This document shows positions 30,432-40,711 of a stretch of 64,000 bases of DNA, piece by piece (position 1 is the stretch's first letter; every line of letters starts with the position of its first letter). A program made the position numbers and the translations under genes. The stretch lies in NCBI GenBank assembly GCA_050948785.1, contig JBMNEM010000004.1, forward strand, positions 68,288 to 132,287, written 5' to 3'. The notes below the pieces were generated by a model. That model saw only the letters and a program-made list of their open reading frames with translations. It was not told where the DNA came from and did not search any database. The DNA comes from Dethiobacteria bacterium. Lineage in GTDB: Bacteria; Bacillota; Dethiobacteria; DTU022; UBA8154.

Positions 30432-31441
30432 TTTATTTTGGCAGGGGGTTCATCCGGATTTAACAATTCAGCCATAGTGACCAGTTTAAAACCCTTATTC
30501 TTAATTTCAGGAATAATCTCTTTGAAAAGAACTACTGTCTCCTCTGTCGGATGCGCAAGAACGATCGCTCCTGCATGAAGATTCCCCAAAACCCTCTCCT
30601 TCATTTTTTCCACCCCGGGATTCATCCAGTCAACAGTATCGATAGACCACATGATGGTGCGCATATCCTGGCGCGCAACTGTTTCCAGAACCAGTTCGTT
30701 GTAGGCGCCTTTATGCGGTGTAAAATAATGTGGGATTTGACTGGTAGCTGCCTGCACAATTTCGTTTACTTCCCTTAAACTATGCTCCATTTCCTCAACA
30801 CTTATTTCTGTAAATACAACGGCATCGCTAGATCCATGATTGGCGATTAAATGCCCCTGGCGATTTATTTCCCTTAAAAGATCCTCATTTTTTCTGGCCC
30901 ATCTGCCTACAACAAAAAAAGTGGCCTGTGCTTCTTCAGCAGCAAAGACTTCCAACATGGGTGGAATATGTTCCGTTCCCCAGGCCACATTGATCATCAA
31001 AGCAACTTTCTTTTTCTGCGGGTTACCCCGTTCGATAAAAGCCCAGGGATAATCCTGCATGGTGATATCAGGACATAGAGGATTAAAAACCGGAGTGACA
31101 TGCTCCTCACGGGAAGCAGACATAATTTTATCGACTGTTTCCGGAACATCAAGCTCATAACCCCACAATTCAGGTATGATTGAATCAAATTGAGGATCAT
31201 AGAAAGCGTCAACCGGGTTTATTTGCCATTCACTAAATTTTGCCACTACGATTGCCTCTACTTCCTCCTGAGTCAGACCTCCCATATCCTGCTCCAGAAA
31301 GATCACTCCCGGTTTGACACCATAGGCATGCCTTGCAAGATACTCCATAAAGTTACCTTTAAAAAAGAACGCGCCGACAATCGCCATCAAGATCAAAAAG
31401 GAAATAAGTTTTGTTCTGGAGGAAACAAAAACAACAAACAT
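30428..31441 (-). CDS. polysaccharide deacetylase-family protein (NodB-like)
   Basis: 337 aa with an N-terminal TM and the NodB-type segments LIANHGSSD and MWSIDTVDW. Confidence 0.65.
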   Translation of the reverse strand: MFVVFVSSRTKLISFLILMAIVGAFFFKGNFMEYLARHAYGVKPGVIFLEQDMGGLTQEEVEAIVVAKFSEWQINPVDAFYDPQFDSIIPELWGYELDVPETVDKIMSASREEHVTPVFNPLCPDITMQDYPWAFIERGNPQKKKVALMINVAWGTEHIPPMLEVFAAEEAQATFFVVGRWARKNEDLLREINRQGHLIANHGSSDAVVFTEISVEEMEHSLREVNEIVQAATSQIPHYFTPHKGAYNELVLETVARQDMRTIMWSIDTVDWMNPGVEKMKERVLGNLHAGAIVLAHPTEETVVLFKEIIPEIKNKGFKLVTMAELLNPDEPPAKIK

Positions 31442-31445
31442 TTAC

Positions 31446-32165
31446 TCACCTTCCAGGAAGAGGAAATTTTTTTTCAGCATACTCCAGGATTAAATCCGGC
31501 AAGGCAATAGAATATCCTTTCCATTTTAGAAAATCAATGAACTGGGGCAAGCTTTCCAGGATTCCGGGAGAAGTTGTATGAAAAAGAATCACCGCCCCGG
31601 CATGGATTTGCTCTTCAATATGGCTCATAATTAATTCCATTTCCAGATTTGAAAGCATTAAGGCGTTAATACTCCACAAAAGAGTGAAGCAGTCATTTTC
31701 CCGGGCAATGCGGACGATCCTGGGATTATATTCTCCATACGGGGGTCGAAAAAATACGGGTTTTTCATTTAGTGTTTCTTTACACAAGTTATTAAACAGG
31801 TAGATTTCCTCCGTGATCTCCTCTTCTTCCATCAAGGGGAGCCTGCTGTGGGAATGCGTATGATTACCGATCCAATGCCCATGTTCAATTATCTTCTTTG
31901 CTTTCAGAGGGTGTTTCTTTAACCACTGGCCGGTCATGAAAAAAACTGCCTTAATTTCGCGCTCATCCAGCAGCTCCAAAAGAGCATCAAGTTGGGCCTC
32001 TCCCCAAAGAATGTTAAAAGTAAAAAATATAACCCCTTCATCAGAACCTTCCACCTGAAATATCGGCTCGGGATAGTAAGAAGGTTTCGTAGAGGAGATG
32101 GCACGCACTGTAATCAAAGTGGTGAGCAGAACGCAAAAGACCAAAAAAAAAAGAGGCTTTTTCAT
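31446..32165 (-). CDS. polysaccharide deacetylase (NodB homology domain)
   Basis: 239 aa with a signal/TM and the motifs HTHSHSRL and RPPYGEYN. Confidence 0.8.
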   Translation of the reverse strand: MKKPLFFLVFCVLLTTLITVRAISSTKPSYYPEPIFQVEGSDEGVIFFTFNILWGEAQLDALLELLDEREIKAVFFMTGQWLKKHPLKAKKIIEHGHWIGNHTHSHSRLPLMEEEEITEEIYLFNNLCKETLNEKPVFFRPPYGEYNPRIVRIARENDCFTLLWSINALMLSNLEMELIMSHIEEQIHAGAVILFHTTSPGILESLPQFIDFLKWKGYSIALPDLILEYAEKKFPLPGR

Positions 32166-32234
32166 TATTTAGACCTCAATTTAACCTTTACAATATAATT
32201 ATTAACTTGATCCAAAAAATATTCCCCAAAATAT

Positions 32235-32268
32235 TTTTATTTTTTATAGGGAAAGAACATAAACCTAT
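32235..32268. other. perfect 14-bp stem-loop overlapping the pnp stop codon
   Basis: AAAGAACATAAACC-tattta-GGTTTATGTTCTTT. On the pnp (minus) strand it is followed by an A-rich run, not a U-tract. Confidence 0.5.
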
Positions 32269-34418
32269 TTAGGTTTATGTTCTTTATTAAAGCGTCTCTG
32301 CCGTTTACGGGGAATACTCGCTACTTTTTCATCAGATTTGGAGGTCCTAGGTAAAGCTTCCCTTCTGGAGAGGTTTATCCTGCCTCTATCATCAATATCA
32401 AGAACTTTAACCTGAACCTGATCTCCTACGTTGACCACATCTTCGGTTTTGTTGACACGAAAGCGTTCCAAGTGAGAAATGTGCACTAAGCCTTCCTTTC
32501 CGGGAAGAATTTCCACAAAAGCTCCATATCTTTCTGTACGGGTTACCTTACCCAGGTAAACCCGCCCCGGTTCTACCTCTGCGGTCAAGTTTTCAATGAT
32601 CTGCTGGGCCTTATGCCCCGCTTCCGTATCCATAGTCACGATAAATATTTTGCCATCAGACTCAATCTCGATCTCCGTTCCTGTTTCAGCAATAATCTTG
32701 TTGATAACCCTTCCTCCGGGCCCAATTACATCACGTATTTTGTCCGGGTCAATCTGTAAAGTTAAGATCAATGGAGCAAAATCGGAAAGCTTGGGCCGCG
32801 GTTCACTAATAACCTTTAACATCTCCCCGAGTATAAAAAGATAGCCTTCCCGCGCTTTATAAAGAGCCTCTCTGAATATCTCCCAGGAAAGGCCTTTTAA
32901 TTTAATATCCATCTGCAACGCTGTGATACCTGCTTGCGTCCCGGCAACTTTAAAGTCCATGTCCCCTAAAAAATCCTCGATACCCTGGATATCAGAAAGA
33001 ATGGCATACTCATCCTCTTCCTTGATTAAGCCCATGGCTATCCCCGAAACCGGAGAGGATATAGGTACGCCAGCATCCATTAGAGCAAGTGTACCGGCAC
33101 AAACACTGCCCATGGAACTCGAACCGTTTGATTCCAGAACCTCGGATACAAGGCGAATTGTATAGGGAAAATCTTCTTCTCCGGGGATCACTGTCTCCAG
33201 AGCTTTTTCAGCCAAAGCGCCATGGCCTATTTCCCTTCTACCGGGTCCGCGCATAAAACCTGCTTCCCCAACGCTGTAGGGAGGAAAATTATAATGATGC
33301 ATAAATCTTTTCGATTCCTCAATACCAAGGCCATCTAACCTTTGCATATCTCTTAAGGCACCCAGGGTACAGATATTTAAAACCTGAGTTTGCCCCCTGG
33401 TGAAGAGCGAAGACCCGTGGGTCCGTTTAAAAAGCTGGACTTCACAGGTAATCGGCCTGATTTTGTCCCATTCCCGGCCATCGGGGCGTACTTTTTCTTT
33501 CAAAATCATGGAGCGCAAATTTTCTTTAATTAAATGATCAATGGCTGTCCCAATATCCTGCTCATTGTCGGGATAAAGCTCTAAAAAATGCTCCCTGGTT
33601 TCTACTTCTACTTTTTCTAATTCGCTTTCCCTCTCCAGTTTTTCCTCTACCCTTAAAGCTTTTTTAAGATTGTCTAAACAGAAATTTTCAACTTCCGTAC
33701 AGATTTGAGCATCGGGCTCAAATAATTCTACGGTCATTTTTTCCACACCGATTTTGGCCACGATCTCTTTTTGCAGCTGGGTAATTTCTTTGATTACTTC
33801 ATGCCCGGTCATAATGGTTTCCAATATTTGCTCCACGGAAACCTCTTTTGCTTTGGCCTCGACCATCATGACTGCATCTTCCGTACCTGCGACGGTTAAG
33901 TTGAGCAGGCTGGCTTCACTTTGTTCAATAGTAGGATTGATTACTGGTTTTTCATCAATCATGCCTATGCTCACAGCGGCAATCGGCCCCATAAACGGTA
34001 TTTTAGAAATTGATAGGGCCACAGAAGCACCGATAACCGCCAGCGGTTCAGGTGGACAATCCTGATCCACAGAGAGAACCGTAACAACAACATGCACAGC
34101 GTTACGAAAATTTTCCGGAAACAAAGGTCTGAGCGGCCGGTCAATAAGCCTGGCGGCCAAGATTGCTTTTTCTGTAGGCCGGCCTTCTCTTTTAATAAAG
34201 CCCCCGGGTATCCTGCCTACAGCATAAAGTCTTTCCTCATAATCCACCGTTAAAGGAAAAAAATCAATACCTTCACGCGGTTCTTTCGAAACAGTGGCGG
34301 TCACTAAAAGAGCGGTATCTCCATAGCGTATTAACACTGCTCCGCTGGCTTGCCCGGCTACCTTCCCTGTTTCAATCGTTAAAAGCCTGCCGGCAACATT
34401 CATTTGAAAGCTTTCCAC
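32265..34418 (-). CDS. pnp: polyribonucleotide nucleotidyltransferase (PNPase)
   Basis: 717 aa with two RNase PH domains plus KH and S1 domains. Confidence 0.97.
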   Translation of the reverse strand: MESFQMNVAGRLLTIETGKVAGQASGAVLIRYGDTALLVTATVSKEPREGIDFFPLTVDYEERLYAVGRIPGGFIKREGRPTEKAILAARLIDRPLRPLFPENFRNAVHVVVTVLSVDQDCPPEPLAVIGASVALSISKIPFMGPIAAVSIGMIDEKPVINPTIEQSEASLLNLTVAGTEDAVMMVEAKAKEVSVEQILETIMTGHEVIKEITQLQKEIVAKIGVEKMTVELFEPDAQICTEVENFCLDNLKKALRVEEKLERESELEKVEVETREHFLELYPDNEQDIGTAIDHLIKENLRSMILKEKVRPDGREWDKIRPITCEVQLFKRTHGSSLFTRGQTQVLNICTLGALRDMQRLDGLGIEESKRFMHHYNFPPYSVGEAGFMRGPGRREIGHGALAEKALETVIPGEEDFPYTIRLVSEVLESNGSSSMGSVCAGTLALMDAGVPISSPVSGIAMGLIKEEDEYAILSDIQGIEDFLGDMDFKVAGTQAGITALQMDIKLKGLSWEIFREALYKAREGYLFILGEMLKVISEPRPKLSDFAPLILTLQIDPDKIRDVIGPGGRVINKIIAETGTEIEIESDGKIFIVTMDTEAGHKAQQIIENLTAEVEPGRVYLGKVTRTERYGAFVEILPGKEGLVHISHLERFRVNKTEDVVNVGDQVQVKVLDIDDRGRINLSRREALPRTSKSDEKVASIPRKRQRRFNKEHKPK

Positions 34419-34467
34419 ATAACATCTCCCCTTGTTTGGAAAAGCGGGGAAACCCCGCTTTTGGAAA

Positions 34468-34737
34468 TTATTTTCTTAGACCTAGTTTTTGGATCACGGC
34501 ACGATATCTTTCCGGTGCATTATTCCTTAAATAGTTTAATAAACCTCTACGTTTTCCCACTATTTTCAATAGACCCCTTCTGGAATGGAAATCTTTTTTA
34601 TGTGTTTTAAGATGTTCTGTTAACTGGTTAATCCTTTTGGTGAGGATCGCGATCTGCACCTCCGGAGAACCGGTATCATTTTCATGATTCTTATATTCAC
34701 TGATAATCCTGCTTTTAATATCGCTCGGTAAAGCCAT
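34468..34737 (-). CDS. rpsO: 30S ribosomal protein S15
   Basis: 89 aa: [57 protein letters not shown]. Confidence 0.97.
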   Translation of the reverse strand: MALPSDIKSRIISEYKNHENDTGSPEVQIAILTKRINQLTEHLKTHKKDFHSRRGLLKIVGKRRGLLNYLRNNAPERYRAVIQKLGLRK

Positions 34738-34865
34738 CTACCTCACCTCCTTCTCCTTTACCACAATCAGAATCGGTATAAGTCCGCAAATAACCATTAG
34801 CCTGGAGCCAAGCAAATTTTATCATATTGTCTGATCCTTGTAAATATTACATTTTATAAGCCATT

Positions 34866-35837
34866 TCAGGTGAACTGTTTTTCCCTTAATCCTCCATATT
34901 TCTTTTCAATTAGTCCCCGGGCCAAGTTAACATCCAGCGCAATCTGTTTGCTCAGGCTGCCGGCATCTTTAAAAGCGACCTCGTTTCTAATTTTGCACAA
35001 AAATTTAACACTTAATTCTTCACCATAAATATTTTTATCAAAATCTAATAAAAAAACCTCCACAGCCGTCTTTTGAGCAGAACTAAACGTCGGCTTTACA
35101 CCTATATTTGTCAAAGCAAACATTTTTTTATCTTTCCAACAGGCCAAGCATAAATAAACCCCTCGTGCCGGAAGCAGTAAATTCTTCGGAATATCCAAAT
35201 TGGCAGTAGGAAAGCCCAGTTTCATGCCCCTTCCTTCGCCATGAACAACTTTTCCTCTGCGTGTAAAACAAAATCCCAGGCATTCAGCAGCCCTTTTAAC
35301 CTCACCCTTGCGTAATAAATCTCTGATTAGGGAACTGCTTATGATCTCATTGCCGCTCGTTACCGGCGGAACAATTTCCACTTCAAAATCAAGTTTTTTG
35401 CCCCACTGCAACAAATCATCAGCCGTTCCCTGTCCCCGCGCTCCAAAGGTGTAGTCAAAACCAATGACAATTTCAGCCACTTGTAAAGTATCCACCAGGT
35501 AATCCTGCACAAATTTAAATGGGGAGAGCCTGGCCACATCAGGCGTAAATTTTTGGATAAACAGAAAGTCTATGCCCAGATTCCTTAAAATTTCAGCCCT
35601 TTCTTGTAAAGTGGAGAGGAATAAAAGATTTTTATGTGGATAAAGCACCTTTAAGGGATGCGGGTCCAGGATAAAAACAGCACTTCGCAAGTTTTTTTCT
35701 ACTGCTCTATCTTTTGTCCGTTTAATTATTTTACGATGGGCAATATGCAAACCATCAAAATTGCCCAGGGCCAGGACCAGCCTTTGCTGATCAGCCTTAT
35801 AATTATCAACATCGTAAACTAACCGCATAAAACCCAC
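34866..35837 (-). CDS. ribF: bifunctional riboflavin kinase / FMN adenylyltransferase
   Basis: 323 aa with the N-terminal nucleotidyltransferase (ALGNFDGLHIAH) and the C-terminal riboflavin kinase domain. Confidence 0.92.
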   Translation of the reverse strand: MGFMRLVYDVDNYKADQQRLVLALGNFDGLHIAHRKIIKRTKDRAVEKNLRSAVFILDPHPLKVLYPHKNLLFLSTLQERAEILRNLGIDFLFIQKFTPDVARLSPFKFVQDYLVDTLQVAEIVIGFDYTFGARGQGTADDLLQWGKKLDFEVEIVPPVTSGNEIISSSLIRDLLRKGEVKRAAECLGFCFTRRGKVVHGEGRGMKLGFPTANLDIPKNLLLPARGVYLCLACWKDKKMFALTNIGVKPTFSSAQKTAVEVFLLDFDKNIYGEELSVKFLCKIRNEVAFKDAGSLSKQIALDVNLARGLIEKKYGGLREKQFT

Positions 35838-35848
35838 CTGAACCTTCT

Positions 35849-36796
35849 TTAAATTCGGACCATCTTCTCGGATTTCAATTGGAATCCCACTGTCCTGTCA
35901 AATTTCCACCTTGCCAAGCCGACAAATTCCCTTGCTGTAGTATATACCGGTAATATTTTTTCGTCAACCGGCTCCCCTAGAGCATCCCCTGCTTTGGTAT
36001 GCAGCTCCTTAAAAGATATATATTTCCCCTGGAATAATTTTTTAATATCCACTTTTTCCAGCAAAAGAAACTCCCTGCCGTGGAAAGGAAAGTCCAGAGG
36101 TAAAAGCGCCCGCCGGGCCCTTTCAACATCACCGGAAAAGCTTGGATCATCCAAAATGCGCGCCTGTGAAAGAACGAACCCCCCCACCGCTTTCCTTAAG
36201 AGAAAAGACATGTGTCCTCCACATCCCAGGGCGGTACCGATTTGTGCACAAAGAGTACGGATATACGTCCCCTTGGAACATTTTACTTCCAAAAGAACCC
36301 TTTCCGGGGGGAAATAGTCCAGCATCTTGATCGAATAGATTTGCACCGTCCGGGCAGAACGCTGGACAGTGATCCCCTTACGGGCGTATTCGTACAATTT
36401 CCTGCCCTTTTGTTTGATAGCTGCATACATTGGAGGGACCTGCTCAATTTCTCCCTGAAAAGAAGTAAGAACCTTTTTTATTTCCTCAGCTTGCAAGGAA
36501 AAAGGCTCTTTTTTTTGAGCGATTACTTTCCCTGAAGAATCTTCGGTATCAGTAGTTAAACCCAAAAAGAGCTCCGCCCTGTAAACCTTGGGGAGATCCA
36601 TCAGGTAGGATGAAAATTTTGTAGCTTTCCCCAGGAGAAGAGGTAAAACCCCAGCTGCTCCGGGATCCAGGGTGCCACCATGACCGACTTTAATTCCGGG
36701 AAAAAGCCCACGCACATATTTTACAACATCATGAGACGTTAAACCGGGGGGTTTAAGCATATTTAAAAAACCATTCAAATAAAAACCCCTTTGCAA
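35849..36796 (-). CDS. truB: tRNA pseudouridine(55) synthase
   Basis: 315 aa: LKPPGLTSHDVV...GHGGTLDPGAAGVL, plus a PUA domain. Confidence 0.92.
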   Translation of the reverse strand: MQRGFYLNGFLNMLKPPGLTSHDVVKYVRGLFPGIKVGHGGTLDPGAAGVLPLLLGKATKFSSYLMDLPKVYRAELFLGLTTDTEDSSGKVIAQKKEPFSLQAEEIKKVLTSFQGEIEQVPPMYAAIKQKGRKLYEYARKGITVQRSARTVQIYSIKMLDYFPPERVLLEVKCSKGTYIRTLCAQIGTALGCGGHMSFLLRKAVGGFVLSQARILDDPSFSGDVERARRALLPLDFPFHGREFLLLEKVDIKKLFQGKYISFKELHTKAGDALGEPVDEKILPVYTTAREFVGLARWKFDRTVGFQLKSEKMVRI

Positions 36797-36799
36797 TGA

Positions 36800-37783
36800 T
36801 TATTTTGCAGGCAATAAAATATCGCTTTCCTTAAGTTTTGCACTGATCACCTGCAGTACATTTTGGACAATATTTTCAGGCTTCCCGGAAATAGTCACAC
36901 CGGCTGCCCGAGAGTGTCCGCCGCCGCCCAAAGATTGGGCAATAGAAGCCACATCAATATTTTTAGAACGAAACCCTATCTTGGTTTCACCACGATCTGT
37001 ATGATAAAAAAGAACCCCTACCTCTGCTTCTTGAACACTTTTTAAATAATTGATAAAACCATCCAGCTCAGCCGATTTGGCCTTGTTTTTGGTCAACATT
37101 TTTTCAAAAACATTCATCCAAATAATTTTTTGGGTGGGATCAAACTGGACTGTTGCCAGAGAGTCACGGAGAAGCAGTAAGGTGGAAAGAGGATACTCAT
37201 CAAAAAGTTTCCGGCCTACCAGGGAAGGACTGACACCTTCTTTCAGCAGTTCACCGGCTATTTGCAGCGCCAGTGGTGTGGTATTGTCATATTTGAATGA
37301 ACCTGTATCCGAAGCAATGGCTACATACAGATTAAGGCTGATCTCCTTATTTAACTTCAAATCATTATCCTGAATAAATCGGAAGACAACTTCCCCTGTG
37401 GAAGAAGCGGCAGGATCAATGAAATGAACATCACCAAACCAATCGTTGGTGATATGGTGATCGATATTGACTATTTTATCTAATTTTAGAACATCCCCCT
37501 GCAAATCGCCAAGCCGGTCCAGATCATTACAATCAAGCACAAAAGCCAATCCTTTTCCTTCATGAAGGGAAAAGGAATCTTGAAAATTTTTTACCCCGGG
37601 CAAAAAAGAGTAGCGCGCGGGAATTTCATCCGCACAAAGTATTTTTACCTTCTTACCTTGCAGCTTCAAGGCGCCCCCCAATGCCAAAGAAGAACCGATC
37701 GCATCACCGTCCGGCCTGATATGGGTAAAGATATAAATGCTCTTATATTTATCCAGCCTAAAAGGCAACTTAAACTTACTCAT
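36800..37783 (-). CDS. nrnA: DHH-family phosphoesterase (NrnA-like oligoribonuclease/pAp phosphatase)
   Basis: DHH motif HIRPDGDAIGS plus DHHA1. I chose the ATG at 37783, 2 nt after the rbfA stop. The track ORF start (a TTG at 37816) would overlap rbfA by 41 bp. Confidence 0.75.
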   Translation of the reverse strand: MSKFKLPFRLDKYKSIYIFTHIRPDGDAIGSSLALGGALKLQGKKVKILCADEIPARYSFLPGVKNFQDSFSLHEGKGLAFVLDCNDLDRLGDLQGDVLKLDKIVNIDHHITNDWFGDVHFIDPAASSTGEVVFRFIQDNDLKLNKEISLNLYVAIASDTGSFKYDNTTPLALQIAGELLKEGVSPSLVGRKLFDEYPLSTLLLLRDSLATVQFDPTQKIIWMNVFEKMLTKNKAKSAELDGFINYLKSVQEAEVGVLFYHTDRGETKIGFRSKNIDVASIAQSLGGGGHSRAAGVTISGKPENIVQNVLQVISAKLKESDILLPAK

Positions 37784-38159
37784 CTTTAAGTTTTTCAGCT
37801 CCTGCATCTGTATCAAGGCCTAATTTCCTGAGCACTCCTTCAATACGTGCACTGTACTCCAGGGAACGGTCAAGGTGAAATTCGATCTCCGGAGTGTGGC
37901 GAAGGCGAATTCTTTTACCGATTTCAAAGCGGATAAACCCCGTCGCTTTGTCCAAAATCTTTAACACTTTTTCCTGTTCTTCTTTTTTTCCATAAATACT
38001 GACAAAAATCCTTGCAAGGCCTAAATCCTTGGAAACTTCAACAGCCATGACACTGATTAGCTCCATTAAACCAGGATCTTTTAATTCGAGGTGTAATATT
38101 TCACTAATTTCTTTTTTAATCTGTTCGGCAACTCTTCGGGAACGCTGCTTACTCATCAT
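37776..38159 (-). CDS. rbfA: ribosome-binding factor A
   Basis: 127 aa: RSRRVAEQIKKEISEIL. Confidence 0.9.
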   Translation of the reverse strand: MMSKQRSRRVAEQIKKEISEILHLELKDPGLMELISVMAVEVSKDLGLARIFVSIYGKKEEQEKVLKILDKATGFIRFEIGKRIRLRHTPEIEFHLDRSLEYSARIEGVLRKLGLDTDAGAEKLKDE

Positions 38160-38198
38160 TAATACCTCCCCCAGAAAGCCGTGCGAACAAAAACAGAT

Positions 38199-40292
38199 TT
38201 AGGGCTCAACTTTTTTCATTTCGTATGCTTCCAAGATATCCTCTTCCTTCAGGTCATTAAAGCTTTCTAAAAGGATACCGCATTCAAAACCGGTACCTAC
38301 CTCCCGGACATCATCCTTAAAACGTTTTAGAGATTCAATGTTCCCTTCATGAATAACTACTCCGTCTCTGATGACACGCATCTTGGCATTACGCGTAATC
38401 TTTCCATCAAGAACATAAGAACCGGCAATGGACCCCAACCTGGAAACTTTAAAGATTTTCCTTATTTCCGCCTGTCCCAGAACCTCTTCCTCATACTTCG
38501 GCTCCAACATCCCCAGGATTGCTGCCTTGATATCGTCAATAATTTCATAAATAACCCTGTAAAGTCGAATATCCACACGCTCTTTCTCAGCCAGCTTCCG
38601 GGCATTGGCTTCAGGCCTGATATTATAGCCAATAATAATGGCGTTCGAAGCGGAGGCAAGCATGACATCCGATTCCGAAATGGCGCCGACTCCCTTGTGA
38701 ATAATTTTTAATTTAACTTTTTCATTTTCAATTTTCATCAGGGATTCCTGTAAAGCTTCCGCCGAACCCTGAACATCGGCTTTAATAATAATGTTCAAAT
38801 CTATTTCATCGTCCTGGATCTGCTTAAAAAAATCATCGAGCGAAACCGGCTGCACTTTGTGCAAAGTGGCTTCCCTTAACTTTTCGCCCCTCTTCTGGGT
38901 GATCTGCCGGGCAAGTTTTTCATCACCGATCACTATAAAATGATCGCCGGCTTGAGGCACTTCGGTTAAACCAAGAACTTCAACCGGAGTGGAGGAAAAA
39001 GCTTTTTCTACCCTGCGACCTTGATCATCGATCATCGCCCGCACTCTACCAAAAATATTTCCACAAATAATCGGATCGCCGATTTCCATGACTCCATCCT
39101 GGATAAGCATGGTGGCCACCGGCCCCCTGCCTTTATCCAGTTTGGCTTCGATAACTGTTCCCCGGGCATGGCGGGAATAATTTGCTTTCAGTTCGGCCAT
39201 CTCGGCTAGGAGTAAAATCATTTCCAAAAGTTCTTCCAGGCCTTGTTTTTTCAGGGCACTAAGATTAACAAAAATGATTTCCCCGCCCCATTCTTCAGGT
39301 ATTAAGTTGATATCAGCCAGCTGTTTCTTGACCTTCTCAGGATTGGCAGCGGGTTTATCAATCTTGTTAACAGCTACAATAATAGGAACCCCGGCAGCCC
39401 GGGTATGGTTAACGGCTTCGATCGTTTGGGGCATCACCCCATCATCCGCTGCTACAACCAGGACGGCAATATCCGTAACCTGTGCCCCGCGAGCACGCAT
39501 GGCTGTAAAAGCCTCATGCCCCGGAGTATCCAGGAAAACAACTTTTTTCCCATTAATCTTCACGGTGTAAGCCCCAATATGCTGGGTAATACCGCCTGCT
39601 TCCGAAGCTGTAACATCGGTTTCCCTGATGGCATCCAAAAGGGACGTTTTACCGTGATCAACATGACCTAAAACCGTGACCACAGGAGGCCGCGGCTTTA
39701 AGGCCTTCTTGTTTTCGTCTTCAGCTTCCATAACATTTAATAATTCTTCGTCCGGATCCGGTGTAACATCAAATTTTATCCCGTACTCCTCGGATAATAT
39801 CTCCAAAACATCATCATTTAACTGCTGGTTTATATTACAAATTATACCTAAATCCAACAACTTGCCCAGAATTTCCGAGGGCATTACATTTAACCTGCCC
39901 GCCACTTCCCCCACAGTAACCCGGCCTTCCAGAGCAAGAGATTCTTGGGGTTTCTCTTTTTTCTCCTTTGATAACCGAGCACTTCTTCTGGCTTTACGGC
40001 CTACCCGGGGGGGTTTCTTTTCCGTTTTCTTTTTTTTGACAGGAACCGGCTCTGCAGCCGGAGCCTTTACTGCTGCGGCCACTTCCTTTTTCTCTTCCGC
40101 GGGGCCGGCAACTTCATCAATAGGCTTTTTTTCACCCTTAGTTAACATCTCGAGCACCTTTTTGGCAATCTCCTCATCCATAGTGCTCATATGATTCTTT
40201 ACATCTATATTCATTTCTTTTAGAATGGGTATCAACTTTTTACTACGAATGCCTAATTCCTTAGACAACTCATAAACCCTTACCTTGGCCAT
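38199..40292 (-). CDS. infB: translation initiation factor IF-2
   Basis: 697 aa with the GTPase domain [12 protein letters not shown]...DTPGHEAF...NKIDK. Confidence 0.97.
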   Translation of the reverse strand: MAKVRVYELSKELGIRSKKLIPILKEMNIDVKNHMSTMDEEIAKKVLEMLTKGEKKPIDEVAGPAEEKKEVAAAVKAPAAEPVPVKKKKTEKKPPRVGRKARRSARLSKEKKEKPQESLALEGRVTVGEVAGRLNVMPSEILGKLLDLGIICNINQQLNDDVLEILSEEYGIKFDVTPDPDEELLNVMEAEDENKKALKPRPPVVTVLGHVDHGKTSLLDAIRETDVTASEAGGITQHIGAYTVKINGKKVVFLDTPGHEAFTAMRARGAQVTDIAVLVVAADDGVMPQTIEAVNHTRAAGVPIIVAVNKIDKPAANPEKVKKQLADINLIPEEWGGEIIFVNLSALKKQGLEELLEMILLLAEMAELKANYSRHARGTVIEAKLDKGRGPVATMLIQDGVMEIGDPIICGNIFGRVRAMIDDQGRRVEKAFSSTPVEVLGLTEVPQAGDHFIVIGDEKLARQITQKRGEKLREATLHKVQPVSLDDFFKQIQDDEIDLNIIIKADVQGSAEALQESLMKIENEKVKLKIIHKGVGAISESDVMLASASNAIIIGYNIRPEANARKLAEKERVDIRLYRVIYEIIDDIKAAILGMLEPKYEEEVLGQAEIRKIFKVSRLGSIAGSYVLDGKITRNAKMRVIRDGVVIHEGNIESLKRFKDDVREVGTGFECGILLESFNDLKEEDILEAYEMKKVEP

Positions 40293-40407
40293 TTACAACA
40301 CCTCCATATATTTTTTGCCCTCCTTAGTCAATTTCCGTAAATTTCTTAAAACAACCCCCAAAGCCCCCCGACGGGTTAAGTTAATATCAAAAAACGCTCG
40401 CGGCAAG

Positions 40408-40677
40408 CTATTCCTCCGCTAATTTTTCCTTTAATGACTGCAGAATATCCTCCGATATGGAGGTACGCAGGCTTTTTTCAAGCCCCTTACTCTTCAGAGC
40501 TTTTTGCAAGCAATCGGAATTTGGACAAATATAAGCTCCTCTCCCCGCCTTTTTGCCGGAAATATCCAGCTCGATCTCCCCTTGGGGGGTCCTTACAACC
40601 CGGAGCAACTCCCTTTTATTTTTCATGGCACGGCAACCCAAACACAATCTCTGGGGAATTTTTCTTTTTCTAACCAT
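40408..40677 (-). CDS. ylxR: YlxR-family (DUF448) RNA-binding protein
   Basis: 89 aa: RKIPQRLCLGCRAMKNKRELLRVV...GRGAYICPNSDC. Confidence 0.85.
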   Translation of the reverse strand: MVRKRKIPQRLCLGCRAMKNKRELLRVVRTPQGEIELDISGKKAGRGAYICPNSDCLQKALKSKGLEKSLRTSISEDILQSLKEKLAEE

Positions 40678-40711
40678 TAAGCGCTCCTCCCGCTTAAAAA
40701 CGCTCTATTCT

